Positions 27,011-38,705 of a stretch of 38,841 nt of DNA are shown here, piece by piece (the first letter of the stretch is position 1; every line of letters begins with the position of its first letter). The position numbers and the translations under genes were made by a program. Under the pieces are notes generated by a model that worked only from the letters and a program-made list of their open reading frames with translations, had not been told where the DNA came from and made no database searches. The stretch spans positions 1 through 38,841 of the forward strand of contig JANRLD010000058.1 of NCBI GenBank assembly GCA_033762915.1. Direction: 5' to 3'. The DNA is from Meiothermus sp. GTDB taxonomy: Bacteria; Deinococcota; Deinococci; Deinococcales; Thermaceae.

Positions 27011-28348
27011 TTACTTCACGTTGAAGCCATCGGCCTTGGCTTTCTCGAGGGTTTCAGCTTGCCAGGCATCCATGGCGGCGTCCCAGCTGATGCTGCCTTT
27101 GAGGGCCAGGTCTACCTGCTTGGCAAAGCTGGCGTCCACGGTGGGGGCCCAGGGGGACCAGGCGAAGTTGACGTTCACGCTGCGGGCGGCTTGGCCGTAG
27201 ATTTGGGCCACGTTCTGACCGCCGAAGAACTTAACCGGGTTGCGGTTGGGGTCGCGCAGTTCGGGAATGGTCAGGCCCGCGTTGGCAGCGGGGAACAAGC
27301 CCGCACCGTTCCAGCCGGCCACCACCGAGGTCTTGGAGGTCATCAGCCACAACGCAAAGGTGGCGGCAACCTGGGGGTTCTTGGACTGGCGGGTTACAAC
27401 GGCAGTCGAGCCGCCCCAGTTACCCGTGCGGAAGGGCTGGCCGCGCTGCCACTGGGGCAGGGGGGCCACACGGTACTGAGCACCCTGACCGGGGTTGTTG
27501 GCCAGGCTACCCGCGAAGGAGCCGGTACCCCAGGCGGCTTCCATGCTGGTGGCAACCTCACCGGCGGCCACAGCGTTCCAGAAGTCTTGGCTGAAGGCCG
27601 GGAGGGTGGAGACATAGCCCTTCTTGATCAGGTCGCCCCAGTAGTTGGCGACCCGCTTGGAGACGGCGTTGTTGAGGGTTTGGCGGTAGCCGTCGCCATC
27701 GACAGTCCACATCTGGCCGCCGCCCGCCCAGACCAGCGCGGTGAACCAGGGAGCGAAGGTCGAGAAGAAGTTGCCGATCTTGACCTTACCGTTGGACTTT
27801 TCAAACAGCTCTTTGCCCGCCGCGGCGTACTCTTCCCAAGTGGTGGGCACCTTGACGTTGTAGCGCTGGAAGATATCGGCGCGGTAGATCATCGCGAAGG
27901 GGCCGGTGTCCTGCGGCACCCCGAAGACCGACTTGCCATCCGGCGAGACCTGGCTCCAGGTCCAAGCAGGGAAGAAGCTCTTGGCGTTGCTGGGCAGCAG
28001 ACGGCCCAGATCAACCAAACCGCCCGTGGAGGCGAAGAAGGGGATGTAGCCAAACTCGACCTGAGCCAGGTCGGGCGCACCCGTACCGGCCCGCAGGGCG
28101 GTTTGCAGGCGGGGGTAGGTGCCGCTCTGACCGCCGCCGAGGTTCACCACGTTCACCTTGACGTTGGGGTACCTCTGGGTGAAGAGGGCGGCCTGCTTGT
28201 CCATGTTGGGCACCCACGACCAGTAGGTGATCTCGATGGGCTGCCCATTGTTGAGGGTAGCGGGGAACGCGGGTTCCCTAAAGCTTTGCGCCGATGCCAC
28301 CGAGGCCACGGCGGCCACTGCGAGACTGCTAAACAACCATCGCTTCAT
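27011..28348 (-). CDS. Sugar ABC substrate-binding protein
   Basis: Signal peptide; ITYWSW, APDLAQVE, GVPQDTGP, GNWGGS; GGAGG RBS. Confidence 0.92.
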   Translation of the reverse strand: MKRWLFSSLAVAAVASVASAQSFREPAFPATLNNGQPIEITYWSWVPNMDKQAALFTQRYPNVKVNVVNLGGGQSGTYPRLQTALRAGTGAPDLAQVEFGYIPFFASTGGLVDLGRLLPSNAKSFFPAWTWSQVSPDGKSVFGVPQDTGPFAMIYRADIFQRYNVKVPTTWEEYAAAGKELFEKSNGKVKIGNFFSTFAPWFTALVWAGGGQMWTVDGDGYRQTLNNAVSKRVANYWGDLIKKGYVSTLPAFSQDFWNAVAAGEVATSMEAAWGTGSFAGSLANNPGQGAQYRVAPLPQWQRGQPFRTGNWGGSTAVVTRQSKNPQVAATFALWLMTSKTSVVAGWNGAGLFPAANAGLTIPELRDPNRNPVKFFGGQNVAQIYGQAARSVNVNFAWSPWAPTVDASFAKQVDLALKGSISWDAAMDAWQAETLEKAKADGFNVK

Positions 28349-28378
28349 TGCAACCTCCTCCTATCTGCCAAGACTCTA

Positions 28379-28390
28379 TTTACCGGCAAA
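28379..28390. promoter_or_regulatory. Candidate LacI-family operator
   Basis: TTTACCGGCAAA near-palindrome with central CG in the divergent promoter region. Confidence 0.3.
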
Positions 28391-28546
28391 GTAAAGCTTT
28401 GCCAGCAGGGTAGAACAAAAGCGGTTTTAGCTTCCGTCTCGAGCCCAAGCATTCGTTGCCCCAACATGATACAGGATTTTTCAAACTTGCCAAGTCTTTC
28501 GATTTCCTGTTAACTGTTATGATTAGGGAAAGGGGTTAGTCCAACC

Positions 28547-29425
28547 ATGCTTGAGGTTCTGGAGTCCAACGGTTTCCGCCTCGAGTCGCGCCAAATCGGC
28601 GCACTCGAGGCCAACAGCCCGCACGAGGGTAGGGAAAGTTTACAGCGAACCTACCTCCGTCAAGGCTATCTCTGGCTACAAAACTTTCTACCCCGCGAAG
28701 AAGTTTTGGCCTTCCGCAAGCATTTTTTCCAGGCATTCCAGGAAAGCGGACTGGTTCGGGGGGACGCGCTAGTGGGCCTCTACTCCGGCCACGAAGACCA
28801 GGGCTTGGCCTCCAAGGCCCTGATGGAGCAGGTGCGCTCGGCGATGTACGAGGCGTTCTGCCTGCACCCCCGGCTGGTGGCCTTCCTGGACGATTTTTTG
28901 GGCGGCCCCAGCTACCTGCACAAGCGCAAGCTGATCCGCTACACCAAGCCCGGCGACCCCAGCGCCACCGGGGCCCACTACGACCTGGTGTACCTGCGGG
29001 GAGGCACCGACAAGCTGGTGACGGTCTGGATCCCCATCGGCGACTGCCCGGTGGAGATGGGCGGTTTGATCTACCTCGAGGGCTCCGACGCCAAGGGCCG
29101 CGAGATGGAAGCCGATTTCAGCCGCAAGAACGCCGACCTCTCCCCCTCCGAGCGCATCAGCGCCTACAACAAAAACATGACCGCGAGCGGCTGGATCTCC
29201 AAAGACCTTCCGGCCCTGGCTGAGAAGTTTGGCAGCCGCTGGCTGGCCGCCGACTACAGCGCGGGCGACGTCGTGCTGCACAGCCCCTACATGATCCACG
29301 CCGCCACCATGAACCAGGACCGCCAAGGCCGCCTGCGCCTTTCCACCGATATCCGCTACCAGAACGTGCGCCACGAGATTGACGCACGGTGGGGCAACCA
29401 CTGGACGCTGGAGGACATGCTGTGA
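28547..29425 (+). CDS. Phytanoyl-CoA dioxygenase (PhyH) family Fe(II)/2-oxoglutarate dioxygenase
   Basis: TGAHYD, TVWIPIGD, GGLIYLEGS, GDVVLH...MIHA, RLSTDIRY. Confidence 0.85.
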   Translation: MLEVLESNGFRLESRQIGALEANSPHEGRESLQRTYLRQGYLWLQNFLPREEVLAFRKHFFQAFQESGLVRGDALVGLYSGHEDQGLASKALMEQVRSAMYEAFCLHPRLVAFLDDFLGGPSYLHKRKLIRYTKPGDPSATGAHYDLVYLRGGTDKLVTVWIPIGDCPVEMGGLIYLEGSDAKGREMEADFSRKNADLSPSERISAYNKNMTASGWISKDLPALAEKFGSRWLAADYSAGDVVLHSPYMIHAATMNQDRQGRLRLSTDIRYQNVRHEIDARWGNHWTLEDML

Positions 29426-29588
29426 GCGGGGCCAGTGGACAGAGGTCAGCGGTCCGTGAAGGCCCGTGGACTTTTGGCAGTTAATAGCTAGAGGCTGAGG
29501 GTTAATCGCCAGAGGCCCCCCACGAATCTCTGGCCGCTCAGCCGCTCCGACCAAAAAAACTCACCCCCGGCCCCACCCCCACACACCT

Positions 29589-31538
29589 ATGCTAGGAGTC
29601 TGCTACTACCCCGAACACTGGCCCAAAGAGCGCTGGAGCGAAGACGCCCGGCGGATGAAGGAGCTCGGGCTCACCTACGTGCGGATCGGCGAGTTCGCCT
29701 GGTCTCGACTGGAGCCCGACCCCGGGCGCTTCACCTTCGAGTGGCTGGACCAGGCCATCGAGGTGCTGGGCCAAGCCGGGCTGAAGATCGTGCTGGGAAC
29801 CCCCACCCCCACGCCGCCCAAATGGCTGATCGACCAGCACCCCGAGGTGTTGGGGGTGGACATCCACGGGCGGGTGCGCAACTTCGGGAGTCGTCGTCAT
29901 TACAGCTTCAGCAGCCGCACCTACCGCAAGCACACCGAGCGCATCGTGGAGGTCGTGGCCAGGCGCTACGGCAACAACCCGCACGTCGCCGGCTGGCAGA
30001 CCGACAACGAGTACAGCTGCCACGACACCACCCGCTCCTACGGCCCGGAGGACTTGCGGGCCTTCCGGCTGTGGCTGGCGGGGCGCTACGGCACACCGCA
30101 GAAGCTCAACGAAGCCTGGGGCAACGTCTTCTGGAGCATGGAGTACCGCTCCTTTGAGGAGGTGGACCTGCCCAACCTCACCACCACCGAGGCCAACCCC
30201 TCGCACTGGCTGGACTTCTACCGCTTCAGCTCCGACCAGGTGGCCGCTTATAACAAACTGCAGTGCGAGATTATCCGCAGGCATTCGCCGGGCCGGTTCA
30301 TCGCGCACAACTTCATGGGTTACACCCCGGACTTTGACCACTTCAAGGTGGCCGAGGACCTGGACGTCTCGAGCTGGGACTCCTATCCGCTGGGCTTCAC
30401 CGACACCGACGTGATGCCCACCAGCCCCGAGGAGAAGGTGACCTACGCCAGAACCGGTCACCCCGACATGGCGGCCTTCCACCACGACCTCTACCGGGGC
30501 GTCAAGAACCGCTGGTGGGTGATGGAGCAACAGCCCGGCCCGGTCAACTGGGCCTTCCACAACCCCTCCCCGGCCCCCGGCATGGTTCGACTTTGGACCT
30601 GGGAAGCCCTCGCGCACGGCGCGGAAGTCGTCTCCTACTTCCGCTGGCGGCAGTTTCCCCAGGCCCAGGAGCAGTACCACGCCGGCCTCAACCGCCCCGA
30701 CTTCACCCCCGACGTGGGCTACTTCGAGGCTGCGCAGGTGGCTCAGGAACTGCAGCAGATCGGCTTCGACGGCGCAGTGCCGCCGCCCAAGTCCAAGGTG
30801 GCCTTCGTCTACGACTACGAGGCTGACTGGCTCTTCAAGGCCCAGCCGCAGGGGATCGAGTGGAAGTACCGCGACCTGGCCTGGGCGTTCTACAAGGCGC
30901 TGCGCGGCCTGGGCCTGAGCGTGGACATGGTGAAGCCGGGGGGCAACCTCGAGGGCTACGCACTGGTCGTCGTCCCCAGCACCCCGATCCTGCACCAGGC
31001 CACCCTCGAGGCGCTCGAGCGCTACCAGGGCCCCACCGTCTTCGGCGCACGCACCGGGAGCAAGAACGACCCCATCAACATCCCCCCCAACCTGCCGCCG
31101 GGGCATCTGCAAGGCCTGCTTCCGATCAAGGTGACCAGGGTCGAGTCGCTGCGGCCTGGGGTGGACTTCTCGGTGCGCTGGAACGGCATGGCCTACCCGT
31201 CCTCGATCTGGAAAGAGTGGGTGGAGAGCGACCTCGAGCCCGCCGCCCGCTCCGACGACGGCCGGGGCGCGGTCTACCAGCACCATAACCGCCACTACCT
31301 GGCCTTCTGGCCGACCGAACCGTTTTTGAAGGACTACCTCGGCAAGCTGGCGAAGGAGGCAGGTCTGGCACCACGGGTCATGCCCGAGGGCCTGCGGCTG
31401 CGGCAGCGCGGGGACCTGCACTTTGCCATCAACTACTCGAGCCTCACAAGGGAGGCCCCCATTCCCGAGGGCGCGGAGATCGTGCTGGGGAGCAAGGCTA
31501 TTCCGCCGTATGACCTGGTGATCTGGAGACAGCGGTGA
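29589..31538 (+). CDS. GH42 beta-galactosidase
   Basis: MLGVCYYPEHWP, GEFAWS, WQTDNEY, VMEQQPGPVNW. Confidence 0.95.
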   Translation: MLGVCYYPEHWPKERWSEDARRMKELGLTYVRIGEFAWSRLEPDPGRFTFEWLDQAIEVLGQAGLKIVLGTPTPTPPKWLIDQHPEVLGVDIHGRVRNFGSRRHYSFSSRTYRKHTERIVEVVARRYGNNPHVAGWQTDNEYSCHDTTRSYGPEDLRAFRLWLAGRYGTPQKLNEAWGNVFWSMEYRSFEEVDLPNLTTTEANPSHWLDFYRFSSDQVAAYNKLQCEIIRRHSPGRFIAHNFMGYTPDFDHFKVAEDLDVSSWDSYPLGFTDTDVMPTSPEEKVTYARTGHPDMAAFHHDLYRGVKNRWWVMEQQPGPVNWAFHNPSPAPGMVRLWTWEALAHGAEVVSYFRWRQFPQAQEQYHAGLNRPDFTPDVGYFEAAQVAQELQQIGFDGAVPPPKSKVAFVYDYEADWLFKAQPQGIEWKYRDLAWAFYKALRGLGLSVDMVKPGGNLEGYALVVVPSTPILHQATLEALERYQGPTVFGARTGSKNDPINIPPNLPPGHLQGLLPIKVTRVESLRPGVDFSVRWNGMAYPSSIWKEWVESDLEPAARSDDGRGAVYQHHNRHYLAFWPTEPFLKDYLGKLAKEAGLAPRVMPEGLRLRQRGDLHFAINYSSLTREAPIPEGAEIVLGSKAIPPYDLVIWRQR

Positions 31539-31890
31539 AGAGAAACGGTCAAAGTCAAACCCAATCCCCCCTATCTCGGCGGAGCCTTCCCTGTCGCAGA
31601 GCGCTTCCGCTACGCTTCGCTCCACTTGGCCCCTTAGGGGTTGAGGCAAATGGTGTGGCGGCGGGCTCGAGCAATCAACTCCCAGGGAGGGGCAAAACCG
31701 TTGCGGCAACTCGAGTGGCGGGGTTTTTCTTTGCCCCCCTTTCGCTAGTACTCCGTGGCGACCGAACACTCGACAAGTACTTCCAGGGTCGCTCTAAGGA
31801 GGGTAAGAGGGTTTTTCTTCTGACTTCACCCCTCTCCCCCTCTCCCCTGCTCCACTGCCTAACCTCCCGCCGCCCACAAGGAGCCACCCC

Positions 31891-33354
31891 ATGAGCATCT
31901 TCACCCTCAAGGGCCACGACCTCAACGTTCAGGCCGCCAGGGTCGAGGAGACGCTGGGCGGGCTGCTGCTAACCGGCAAGAGCGTGCAGGTCAACCACAC
32001 CTTCGGGCGCAGCCGCTTCCTTAAGCAGGGCTGGCAGAGCTGGAGCGAGGCGGCCTGGGTCTCGCTCAAGGACAACCCCAAGCCCATCCTGCCGCCCGAG
32101 CGCCGCCCGCAGTGCGACGACCCCCTCTACGCCCTCTCGCCGGTCCACGGGGGCAGCAACCTGGGCGCGGTGGAGGGGCACGACGGCGGTCTGCTGTTCC
32201 TGGGCGCGGTGCGACCCGGGGCGCGGGTCGAGGCCGACCGGCTGAGCATCAAGGGCAGCGCCGACGGCGAGGTGCAGTGGTTCCTGGCCTACGGCGAGTG
32301 GAACGAGGTGTTCAGCCGCTACGCCGAGTTGCTGGGCGCGACGCTGGGGCTGCGGGTGCAGAAGCCCGCCCCGAGGGTCTGGTGCAGTTGGTATAGCTTC
32401 TACCCCAACATCACCGAGGCCAACATGCTCGAGACCATCTCCGGACTCCAGGGCCTGCCCTTCGACGTTTTCCAGCTCGACGACGGCTGGCAGCTCAACA
32501 TGGGCGACTGGGAGCCCAACCACAAGTTTCCCTCAGGCATGCAGAGCATCGCCCTGCGGGCCCAGGCCCAGGGCTTCACCGCCGGGATCTGGCTGGCCCC
32601 CTTCATCGCCCGGCCCAGCTCGAGGCTGTTCAAGACCCACCCCGAATGGTTCTTGCGCGACGAGGCGGGCGAACTGGTGTCGGCAGGCACCAACTGGGGC
32701 GGCTACTACGGCCTCGACGTGACCCTGCCGCCCGTACAGGACTGGCTGCGCGGCCTGATCCAGACCGTTCGGGGCTGGGGCTACCGCTATCTCAAGCTGG
32801 ACTTTTTGTTCGCGGCGGCGCTCCCTGCGCGGCGGCACCTGGATATCTCGAGGGAAGAGGTCTACCGCGAGGCCCTGAGGCTGATCCGCGAGGCGGCGGG
32901 CGAGGACACCTACCTGCTGGTCTGCGGGGCCCCCCTCATCCCCTCGATAGGGATCGCCGACGGCATCCGCATTGGCCCTGATGTGGGGCCGTTCTGGGAC
33001 TTCGAGGACCGGCGGGTGTTTCTGCACGACCCCACCGGCCCGGCAGGCTACAACGCGTTGCGCACCTCCCTGCACCGCCTGTGGCTCAAGCCCCTCGTCC
33101 ATGTCGACCCCGACGTGGCCTACTTCCGCACCCGCTACAACCTTCTAGACCCCAAGCAGCGCCAGGTCCTGCAAGACTTGGCCTTGGTAGCCGAGTTCAA
33201 GGCCACCTCCGACCCCCCCGCCTGGCTCGACCCCGAGGAGCGCGAGCAGTTGAGGGAGTGGCTCGAGGCCAACCCGCCCATTACCCAGCTCTCCACCTAC
33301 GTGTACAAAATTGGCGAGCGGGAGGTGGACTTTGAGCCGTGGCTGGACATATGA
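31891..33354 (+). CDS. GH36 alpha-galactosidase (Thermus type)
   Basis: GWQSWS, WCSWY, QLDDGWQ, YLKLDF, RIGPDV; AAGGAG RBS. Confidence 0.92.
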   Translation: MSIFTLKGHDLNVQAARVEETLGGLLLTGKSVQVNHTFGRSRFLKQGWQSWSEAAWVSLKDNPKPILPPERRPQCDDPLYALSPVHGGSNLGAVEGHDGGLLFLGAVRPGARVEADRLSIKGSADGEVQWFLAYGEWNEVFSRYAELLGATLGLRVQKPAPRVWCSWYSFYPNITEANMLETISGLQGLPFDVFQLDDGWQLNMGDWEPNHKFPSGMQSIALRAQAQGFTAGIWLAPFIARPSSRLFKTHPEWFLRDEAGELVSAGTNWGGYYGLDVTLPPVQDWLRGLIQTVRGWGYRYLKLDFLFAAALPARRHLDISREEVYREALRLIREAAGEDTYLLVCGAPLIPSIGIADGIRIGPDVGPFWDFEDRRVFLHDPTGPAGYNALRTSLHRLWLKPLVHVDPDVAYFRTRYNLLDPKQRQVLQDLALVAEFKATSDPPAWLDPEEREQLREWLEANPPITQLSTYVYKIGEREVDFEPWLDI

Positions 33355-33519
33355 GTCCTAGGTCGTACGCCAAAAGCCAAAAGATAAACTGCCCGTCCGA
33401 TCCGCCGAACCCAGCCCTGGCGAGCCCCCGATGCCCCCAGCTCACAGCCCCCCCACCCACACGATGCCCATCGCCTTCTGCCTATGACCCATGACGTACG
33501 ACGTACGACGGTCTCCACT

Positions 33520-34563
<1,044 letters not shown>

Positions 34564-34606
34564 ATTTACTCCAAGCGACCGGAACCAAAAGGTGCTAGGA
34601 TAAGAC

Positions 34607-35608
34607 GTGAACACCGTCGCGCTCAACCGCCTGCGGGCCTGGATGCAGGTCCAGGGCTTGGCGCAATTCTTCGTCCAGCAGCCCGAGAACTTCGCTTGGC
34701 TAACCGGTGGCGACAACACCGTGGTGGCCTTCCGGCCTGCCCCGGCCTGGCTCGAGGTCACCCCCGAAACAGTTCGTCTGCACTCCTCGCAGATCGAAGC
34801 GGGCCGCCTGCTCGACGAGGAGACCCCGGGCCTCGAGACCGTGCGCTACCCCTGGTACGCCCCACCCGCCCCCGACGGCCCCAACGACAGCCAGCACGAC
34901 CTCACCGCGCTGCGGCTGGTGCTCTCGGAGGGGGAGCAGGAGGCCCTGCGCCGGCTGGGCCGCGACACCGCAAACGCCCTGGGCGAGAGTGTCCGCTTCG
35001 CCGACCCCGACTGGAGCGAGGCCGAACTGGCCGGAGCCATCTCCGAGGAACTGTGGAGCAAGGGCATCCAGCCGCTGGTGCTGCTGACGGCGGGCGAGGA
35101 GCGAATTTTCCGCTACCGCCACCCGTTGCCCAAGGCCCGGGCGCTGGGCCGGCTGTTCATGGGAGTGGTGTGCGGACGGCGCGGCGGCCTGATCGCCAGC
35201 GTCTCCCGATTGGGCAGCTTCGGCCACCCCGAGGCCAAGGCCCTCAACCACGCGGTTTGCGAGATCGAGGCGGCCATGCTGGAGGCCTCGAGGCCCGGCG
35301 CCACGCTGGGCGAGGTCATCGAGGTCACCCGCGCCGCCTACGCGGCGGTGGGGAGGGGCAGCGAGTTCGAGAACCACCACCAGGGCGGCCTCACCGGCTA
35401 CCGCACCCGCGAGGTGGTGGCCCGGCCAGGCATCCCCACCCGGCTCGAGGCCGGCATGGCCCTGGCCTGGAACCCCACCCTCCCCGGCGGCAAGGTGGAA
35501 GACACCTTCCTGCTAACCGCGGACGGGCTGGAGAACCTCACCCCCGACCCCAAGTGGCCCATGATGGAAATCGGGGGGCGTTCCAGGCCGTTGGTCTACG
35601 AAGGTTGA
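34607..35608 (+). CDS. M24 family (Xaa-Pro-like) peptidase
   Basis: NFAWLTGG, YRHPLP, HHQGGLTGY.TRE, WNPT...KVEDT. Confidence 0.82.
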   Translation: MNTVALNRLRAWMQVQGLAQFFVQQPENFAWLTGGDNTVVAFRPAPAWLEVTPETVRLHSSQIEAGRLLDEETPGLETVRYPWYAPPAPDGPNDSQHDLTALRLVLSEGEQEALRRLGRDTANALGESVRFADPDWSEAELAGAISEELWSKGIQPLVLLTAGEERIFRYRHPLPKARALGRLFMGVVCGRRGGLIASVSRLGSFGHPEAKALNHAVCEIEAAMLEASRPGATLGEVIEVTRAAYAAVGRGSEFENHHQGGLTGYRTREVVARPGIPTRLEAGMALAWNPTLPGGKVEDTFLLTADGLENLTPDPKWPMMEIGGRSRPLVYEG

Positions 35609-35686
35609 GGGCGGATGGCGGGTAGCTGAAGCGCCCCTTCGGGGTTCGCGCCGCCGTCGGCTGACAATGCTGGGTATAGTGGCGCT

Positions 35687-36745
35687 GTGCTGGTGCAGAT
35701 CCTGAAAACCTTTGCCTGGCTCGGTCTGACCGCCTTCGGGGGGCCAGCGGCGCACTTCGCCATCTTCCAGCGGATGCTGGTGGGCGAGGGCAGGTGGGTG
35801 AGCCGCGAGGAGTTCCGGCGGATGCTGGGGGCGGTGAACCTGATCCCCGGCCCCAACTCCACCGAGACCGCGATGTTGCTGGGACACGCCCGGGGTGGCA
35901 ACTGGGGGCTGGTGCTGGCGGGAATCGGGTTCATTGTCCCGGCAGCGGCGGTGACGCTGGGGCTAGTAGTGCTGTACCGCGAGGCGGCGGGGCTGCCGCC
36001 AGTGCAAGGGGCCTTCGCGGGGCTGCAACTGGCAGTGATTGCGCTGGTGGCCCAGGCGCTGTGGGACCTGCTGCCCGCCCCGCGCCGCCAGCCCCTGACC
36101 TGGGGGCTGGCGGCGGCGGGTCTGGCGCTGGCCGCGCTGGGCTTACCGGAGTGGGCGACGGTGCTGCTGGTCGGGCTGGCAGTACTGGGTGCGAGGGTGG
36201 TGGGCCGGGGGCGGTTGATGGCGGTTGATCCGCTCAGTTTGTTCTGGTTTTTCCTGATCGTGGGCTCGACGCTGTTCGGCTCGGGATATGCGCTGATCGG
36301 GCTGATGCAGGGCATGGTGAGCAACGGCTGGCTGAGCGCGGAGGAGTTGCTGGTCTCGCTCTCGCTGGGGCAGATCACCCCCGGCCCGCTGCTCACCACC
36401 GCCACGGCAGCAGGCTATATGGCCGGCGGGTTCTGGGGCGCCGTGGCGGCGACAGCCGGGATCTTCTTGCCCTCGTTCGTCCTGACCCTGCTGGTGGCCG
36501 GGGTGCTGGGCCGGTTGCAGGGTCATCCGCTGGCCGAGGCCTTCCTGCTGGGGGCCTCGAGCGCCGCGCTGGGGCTGATTGGCTGGGCGCTGTGGCTGCT
36601 GGGGCGGGAGAGCTTTACGGGGTGGCTCGAGCCCCTCCTCGCCCTGCTGGCCCTCGGGCTGCTGCTGCGCAAATTCCCGCCGCTGCCGCTGCTGGGCCTC
36701 TACGCGCTGGGCGGCGGCCTGTGGGGGCTGATGGCCGCCGGGTAG
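35687..36745 (+). CDS. chrA: Chromate efflux transporter (CHR family)
   Basis: GLTAFGGPAAH, NLIPGPNSTE, LFGSGY, GQITPGP. Confidence 0.9.
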   Translation: MLVQILKTFAWLGLTAFGGPAAHFAIFQRMLVGEGRWVSREEFRRMLGAVNLIPGPNSTETAMLLGHARGGNWGLVLAGIGFIVPAAAVTLGLVVLYREAAGLPPVQGAFAGLQLAVIALVAQALWDLLPAPRRQPLTWGLAAAGLALAALGLPEWATVLLVGLAVLGARVVGRGRLMAVDPLSLFWFFLIVGSTLFGSGYALIGLMQGMVSNGWLSAEELLVSLSLGQITPGPLLTTATAAGYMAGGFWGAVAATAGIFLPSFVLTLLVAGVLGRLQGHPLAEAFLLGASSAALGLIGWALWLLGRESFTGWLEPLLALLALGLLLRKFPPLPLLGLYALGGGLWGLMAAG

Positions 36746-36833
36746 GGGCCGCGAAACCACGCGCCGACGACCTGTGAGGTTGCGCCAGGGCCGTTGCCCA
36801 GACAGCACAAATTCCTCCAAGCCCTCCGGGGCA

Positions 36834-36947
36834 GCGCCTCGGGTAGCCGCTCCGCGACTATGGCGCACGCCACTCCGCCCTGGGTAGCCGCTCCGCGGCT
36901 ATGGCGCACGCCACTTCGCCCAGGCAAGTATTTACCGCTTCCGCCGA
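36834..36947 (-). repeat. Family A element with two 41-bp units, reverse orientation
   Basis: GGGTAGCCGCTCCGCG(A/G)CTATGGCGCACGCCACT twice, then CAGGCAAGTATTTACCGCTTCCGCCG. Confidence 0.88.
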
Positions 36948-37039
36948 TTGGGCACTGCTACCCTGGCGCAACTTAACCCGAGCTTGATTTTTGGTAGCGT
37001 GGTCCTGGGCTTGGCAGATGACAAACGGCTTCTAAAGGG

Positions 37040-38338
37040 CTATTGATGGTCGAAGGTAGTCGGCTGCTTAACCTCAGGTGGGGGCCAGGCCCGCAGGATA
37101 CGCAGGGGGGAGAAGTACACCCACAAGCAGGCCAACAGGGCCACGCCCGCGATCACGAACATGGCCCCGCGCAGGCCGAACTGCTCGGCCGCCAGGCCGC
37201 CCACAATGCCGCCCAGCGAGCCCACCCCGAAACTAACGAAGCGGGCGGTGGCATTGACCCGGCCCAGGAGTTGGGGAGGCGTAACCGACTGGCGCAGGCT
37301 GACTGCGTTGACGCTGCTGACCACGATGGCGACGGACGAAAGAAAACTCCCCCCGCCCACCAGCACCACCGCCAGGCTGCCGCTCGAGAGGGTCAGGGGG
37401 GCGATGCAGGCCCCCAGCGCGGCCACCAGATACATCCGCCAGATGGTACCGCCCAGCCCGTACTGTGCGGTGATGTTCTTGACGAATAGCGCTCCCAGCA
37501 CCCCGCCCACGCTCTGGATGGCCAGCACCACCCCCACCCCGGCGGCGCTCACCGACAGCTCTCGAGTCATGAACAGGATCGCCACCCCCATGTAAATTCC
37601 GGCGGAGAAGTTGTAGGTGGCGGCGGCCAGCACCAGCGGGCGCAGTACGTTGGAGCCGAAGACGGCCTGCCAGCCCTCGCGGATCTCGCGCCAGTCGAAG
37701 CGGCGGCTCTTGACGGCGGTCTCCTGCTGGGCCGCGATGCGCCCGATGCTAAAGGCCGAGAGGAAGAAGACCAGCGCCCCCAGCAACAGGGTGAAGGGCG
37801 CGGTGATGGCATGGATCAGGGCTCCCCCGATTCCCGGCCCCGCGATGGAGGCCACCTGGCGGCTGGACTCGAGCTGCCCATTGGCGCCGACCAGCTGATC
37901 CTTGGCTACCACGCTGGGCACAAAGGTCTGGAGGGCCAGGTCGTAGAAAACGTTGAGCACCCCGTACAGCAGCGCGATGACCAGCAGAAGGGGGTAGCTC
38001 AGGAAGTTCAGCAGGTAGGCCAGGGGGATCAGCAGGATCAAGGTCCCTCGAGCCACGTTGCTCCACCACAGAATCCGCCTGGGCGAGCCATTGTCAATCA
38101 TCAACCCCGCGAACAGCGTGACCAGCAGCCAGGGGATGGTCTGGGCGGTAGCCAGCAGGCCCATCTGGAGGGGGGTAGCCTTAAGGGTCAGGGCCGCCAC
38201 CAGGGGCAGCGCCACCAACATGATCTGCGTCCCGAAGGTGGCCGCGCCCTGCCCCCACAACAGCTGCCGGGTGGGGCTGCCAGAAGACCCAGGCGTTTGG
38301 GGGACGCTCGAGACGAGTTTAATCGGGAACCAGGACAT
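37040..38338 (-). CDS. MFS transporter (DHA3/EntS-like exporter)
   Basis: About 12 TMs; LWGQGAATFG, QLVGANGQLE, LRQSVTPPQLLGRVNA. Confidence 0.88.
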   Translation of the reverse strand: MSWFPIKLVSSVPQTPGSSGSPTRQLLWGQGAATFGTQIMLVALPLVAALTLKATPLQMGLLATAQTIPWLLVTLFAGLMIDNGSPRRILWWSNVARGTLILLIPLAYLLNFLSYPLLLVIALLYGVLNVFYDLALQTFVPSVVAKDQLVGANGQLESSRQVASIAGPGIGGALIHAITAPFTLLLGALVFFLSAFSIGRIAAQQETAVKSRRFDWREIREGWQAVFGSNVLRPLVLAAATYNFSAGIYMGVAILFMTRELSVSAAGVGVVLAIQSVGGVLGALFVKNITAQYGLGGTIWRMYLVAALGACIAPLTLSSGSLAVVLVGGGSFLSSVAIVVSSVNAVSLRQSVTPPQLLGRVNATARFVSFGVGSLGGIVGGLAAEQFGLRGAMFVIAGVALLACLWVYFSPLRILRAWPPPEVKQPTTFDHQ

Positions 38339-38394
38339 ATTACTCTCGAGTACTGCCGCGAACGCTCGAACTCAACAGCTTTTGGACCCCTGAA

Positions 38395-38422
38395 ATCATA
38401 CTGAGTCTGTCGGGTTTAGCAA
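38395..38422 (-). promoter_or_regulatory. Candidate promoter for the MFS gene
   Basis: Minus strand TTGCTA-N16-TATGAT. Confidence 0.4.
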
Positions 38423-38464
38423 GGGCAAGACCCCTTAGGCCGGGCTTAAGGTTCGGCTGCACTA

Positions 38465-38493
38465 TTGACACTATTCCGAAGGTTTGCTATTCT
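38465..38493 (+). promoter_or_regulatory. Strong sigma70-type promoter for the 23S rRNA transcript
   Basis: TTGACA-N17-TATTCT with extended TG; GC-rich discriminator follows. Confidence 0.8.
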
Positions 38494-38705
38494 TCTCGTT
38501 GCGCCCGTTGGGGAAACCCCGTGCGCGGGGACGATGAAAAGGCGGCAGTAAGTCGGAGGGAAGAGGCTCCGGGACGCGTTAATCCCTAGTGGATTGCGGA
38601 TGCCTCCTCGCACCCTTGGCCGTGAGGCCTTGGAAGCGGGCGTCTCGGAGAGAAAATAGAACTTAGGCTGCGGCGGGCTTGCCCGACGCGGCTGCGGTTG
38701 ATGAA

